DNA from: Octopus sinensis
Taxonomy: Eukaryota
Length of the DNA stretch: 64,000 nucleotides
Direction of reading: 5' to 3'
Assembly: GCF_006345805.1 (NCBI RefSeq)
Contig: NC_043010.1
Span: 26,412,001-26,476,000, forward strand
Positions 61,803 through 64,000 of this stretch are shown in pieces; position 1 is the first letter of the stretch; the number at the start of each line of letters is the position of its first letter. The position numbers and the translations under genes were made by a program. The notes below the pieces were generated by a model that was given only the letters and a program-made list of their open reading frames with translations, did not search any database and was not told the DNA's origin.

Positions 61803-62167
61803 ACAAAATAAGGGCAAAAGAAAAATTCTAATGCCAAATATGCCGAAAAAAAGACAAAAATTGTCAATAACCATTATAATATTTGCGTCTCGAAACAAAC
61901 CAATAGAAATTTCTAAAAAATCCGTTATTACCGTATTGGTCCCAATTTCGGGGTTAATTCATAAGAATTTTCCCCTCTTCAGCGATAAATACATGAGATA
62001 TAAGTGAAATACTTACTCATTCTCATGGAAAAAGCAAGCACTAAGTCCCGGGCAGACCTAAGTACCCCAAATATATCCATAATTTATAATGGTTATTGAC
62101 AATTTTTGTCTTTTTTTCGGCATATTTGGCATTAGAATTTTTCTTTTGCCCTTATTTTGTAAATTAT
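61796..62167. repeat. Perfect 84-bp inverted repeats enclosing a 204-bp HHR-bearing segment
   Basis: 61796-61879 vs 62084-62167, no mismatch seen. Confidence 0.93.
61928..61988 (-). ncRNA. Type-I hammerhead ribozyme motif, intact canonical core
   Basis: UUAUCG-CUGAAGA-GGGG(AAAAUUCUUAUGAAUUAA)CCCC-GAAA-UUGG(GA)CCAA-UA/CGGUAA. Confidence 0.85.
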
Positions 62168-62928
62168 TTATAAATTTAACCTTTAAAGGTATTTTTTGAT
62201 ATGCTGGCCATTGATAAAATTTTTTTCCCGAAAAATTTTTTATCCTACATTAGTTATATATATATATATATATATATGCTATACACACACACACACATAT
62301 AAGTAATTATTTGAACCTTCAGTATATGGTTAGTAATATGCTGATTAAAGCACTTCTACCATTTAGGCTACCTGATGTCCACAGTTATAATATAAGTGTC
62401 ACTGGATCTGCGTCAGGAATTTCAGTTTTGCCAGCAACCTACTGGCAACCACAACGAGCCAAACGAAACCAAGTATATTTAGTGAAACATCTTATTTAAA
62501 ATGAGAAACCCAACGAGATGCATTCTGCACCAGTGGATGCAACACAGCTTGCTGTACAATATCCCACATGGAAAGGACAGATGCTGGATGGGTCGAGACT
62601 TTTGTTGTATTGAATAAAGATTCTTGCTAATTCCAGTTTCTCTTTCCCTCATTCATTATATAGTATATATATATAATCATATCAAAGGGAAATGGAATTT
62701 AATTAAAATTAAAAACATTCAATTAAAATTTACATTTCCAGTGGTCTAACGCGTAAAAAAATTTTAGTCAAAAAGACTATTTATAAGTCATACGATATAG
62801 TGTATATTTAAACACATAGAGAATCCACTTATAGGGATTCTGCGCATTAAAAAGAACAGCTAAGTTCTATGACCACAAAAAATTCGGGATAAAATTCGAC
62901 AGGAATAAATTTGGAAATGAAAAACATT

Positions 62929-63251
62929 TACCATCTAGTTTCCTGGACCAATTGGTTTCTAATCATCTTTTAGCGGGTCATGGAGAACTCACAAGGTTTG
63001 ATTTTCTTCAGCAGGTCCAACCTAGTGTTAAACATATCCACACGAGACAAACAAGGCTACCTGTCTCGTGTTTATACAAGCTAACTTTTCAAATTTACTG
63101 CGCTGACGCAGTCCTTCGTTGGCTACAATAAAATCCGCCAACTATGTTTAGCACTAGATTGGACCTGCTGAAGAAAATCAAACCTTGTGAGTTCTCCATG
63201 ACTCGTTAAAAGATGATTAGAAACCAATTGGTCCAGGATACTAGATGGTAA
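62929..63251. repeat. Imperfect inverted repeat (~107-bp arms), MITE-like
   Basis: ttaccatctagt..ggaccaattggtttctaatcatc..ctagtgttaaacata vs its reverse complement at 63142-63251. Confidence 0.85.
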
Positions 63252-63289
63252 CTACCTTCCACCCTGCATTTTTCCCTGTGTATATAGAC

Positions 63290-63800
63290 ATGTATATGGA
63301 ATCCTTTGTGTGCGCAAGTGGATGTGTGCGTGTGTGCATGTATGTGTGTATATAGATGTGTGCATGCATGTGAGTACGTGCATATATAGATGTATTTTAC
63401 TCAGTGTTTTTACACATTTTCCTGTATTTTTTTTAGATGTATGTATAATCCTTTTTGTGTGTGTGTGTGTGTGAGTGTGCGTATATAGACGTGTGCGGGT
63501 ATGTGCGTATATGGGCATGTGTGTGTGTGTGTGTGCATGCAAAAGGGTATGTGTGCATATAAACGTGGTTTACTCTTTGTATACTCCCTTATGCCTTTTT
63601 TCTGTATTGTTACCCTTAACCCTATTTTTTCTTGTACTTGTGCATATGTAGACGTATGTATGAACTTTTACAGTGTGTGTGTGTGTGGGTTTGTATGTAT
63701 ATGCATATACATTTGGCGAATGATGCGAGTGAAGATGTGTATGTTTTTCTAGTGAGGGTGGATGAATGTATGTGTATGCACATGGGTGCGCAAGTGCACA
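63290..63800. repeat. GT/GTAT-rich low-complexity region
   Basis: Direct reading. Confidence 0.85.
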
Positions 63801-64000
63801 TGTAGGTATGAACCGGTGCGCTTATGCAAATACTATGAACCTTTTACCCCTTACCTAACTTAGCGGTCATTCAAATAGCTCTTTTGTCTTAATAGCAGTC
63901 AAAAACACAGTAATTTGCCTTTGTATAACAGTCATTTTTCATAGCGTTTTTCCGATGGCCAGATAACTGAAGAGATGGTGGCGTGGATTTCCACCTCGGC

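Noticed and set aside
61190-62640. Possible host exons in non-repetitive stretches (also 14900-15130)
   Set aside because: Short open frames with no recognisable protein motif or clear splice pairs.

Overview
This is a repeat-dominated eukaryotic window with no host gene exon that I can support. Its SINE/LINE families and microsatellite load closely resemble an Octopus-type (coleoid cephalopod) genome; this assignment is inference from recognising repeat families. It contains long microsatellites, dozens of tRNA-derived SINEs, RTE LINEs (one 4.8-kb copy with a PHD-like finger and a tandemly amplified 3' UTR), R4/Dong-like restriction-endonuclease LINE ends in (TAA)n tracts, Tx1/L1 remnants, Tc1/mariner elements (DD34D, DD37D), hAT and Helentron-type non-autonomous elements, and several Penelope-like (PLE) fragments (RT, GIY-YIG). 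The main discovery is about 15 minimal type-I hammerhead ribozyme (HHR) motifs, found by manual folding, in PLE pseudo-LTRs and foldback inverted repeats. Together they show all four Watson-Crick combinations at the tertiary 3-8 core pair (C3-G8, A3-U8, G3-C8, U3-A8), plus U4C and A6U variants. Two copies of a composite element join a tRNA-derived head to an HHR. No ribozyme activity was tested. Most ORFs in the supplied track are microsatellite artefacts. Coordinates of degenerate repeats are approximate.
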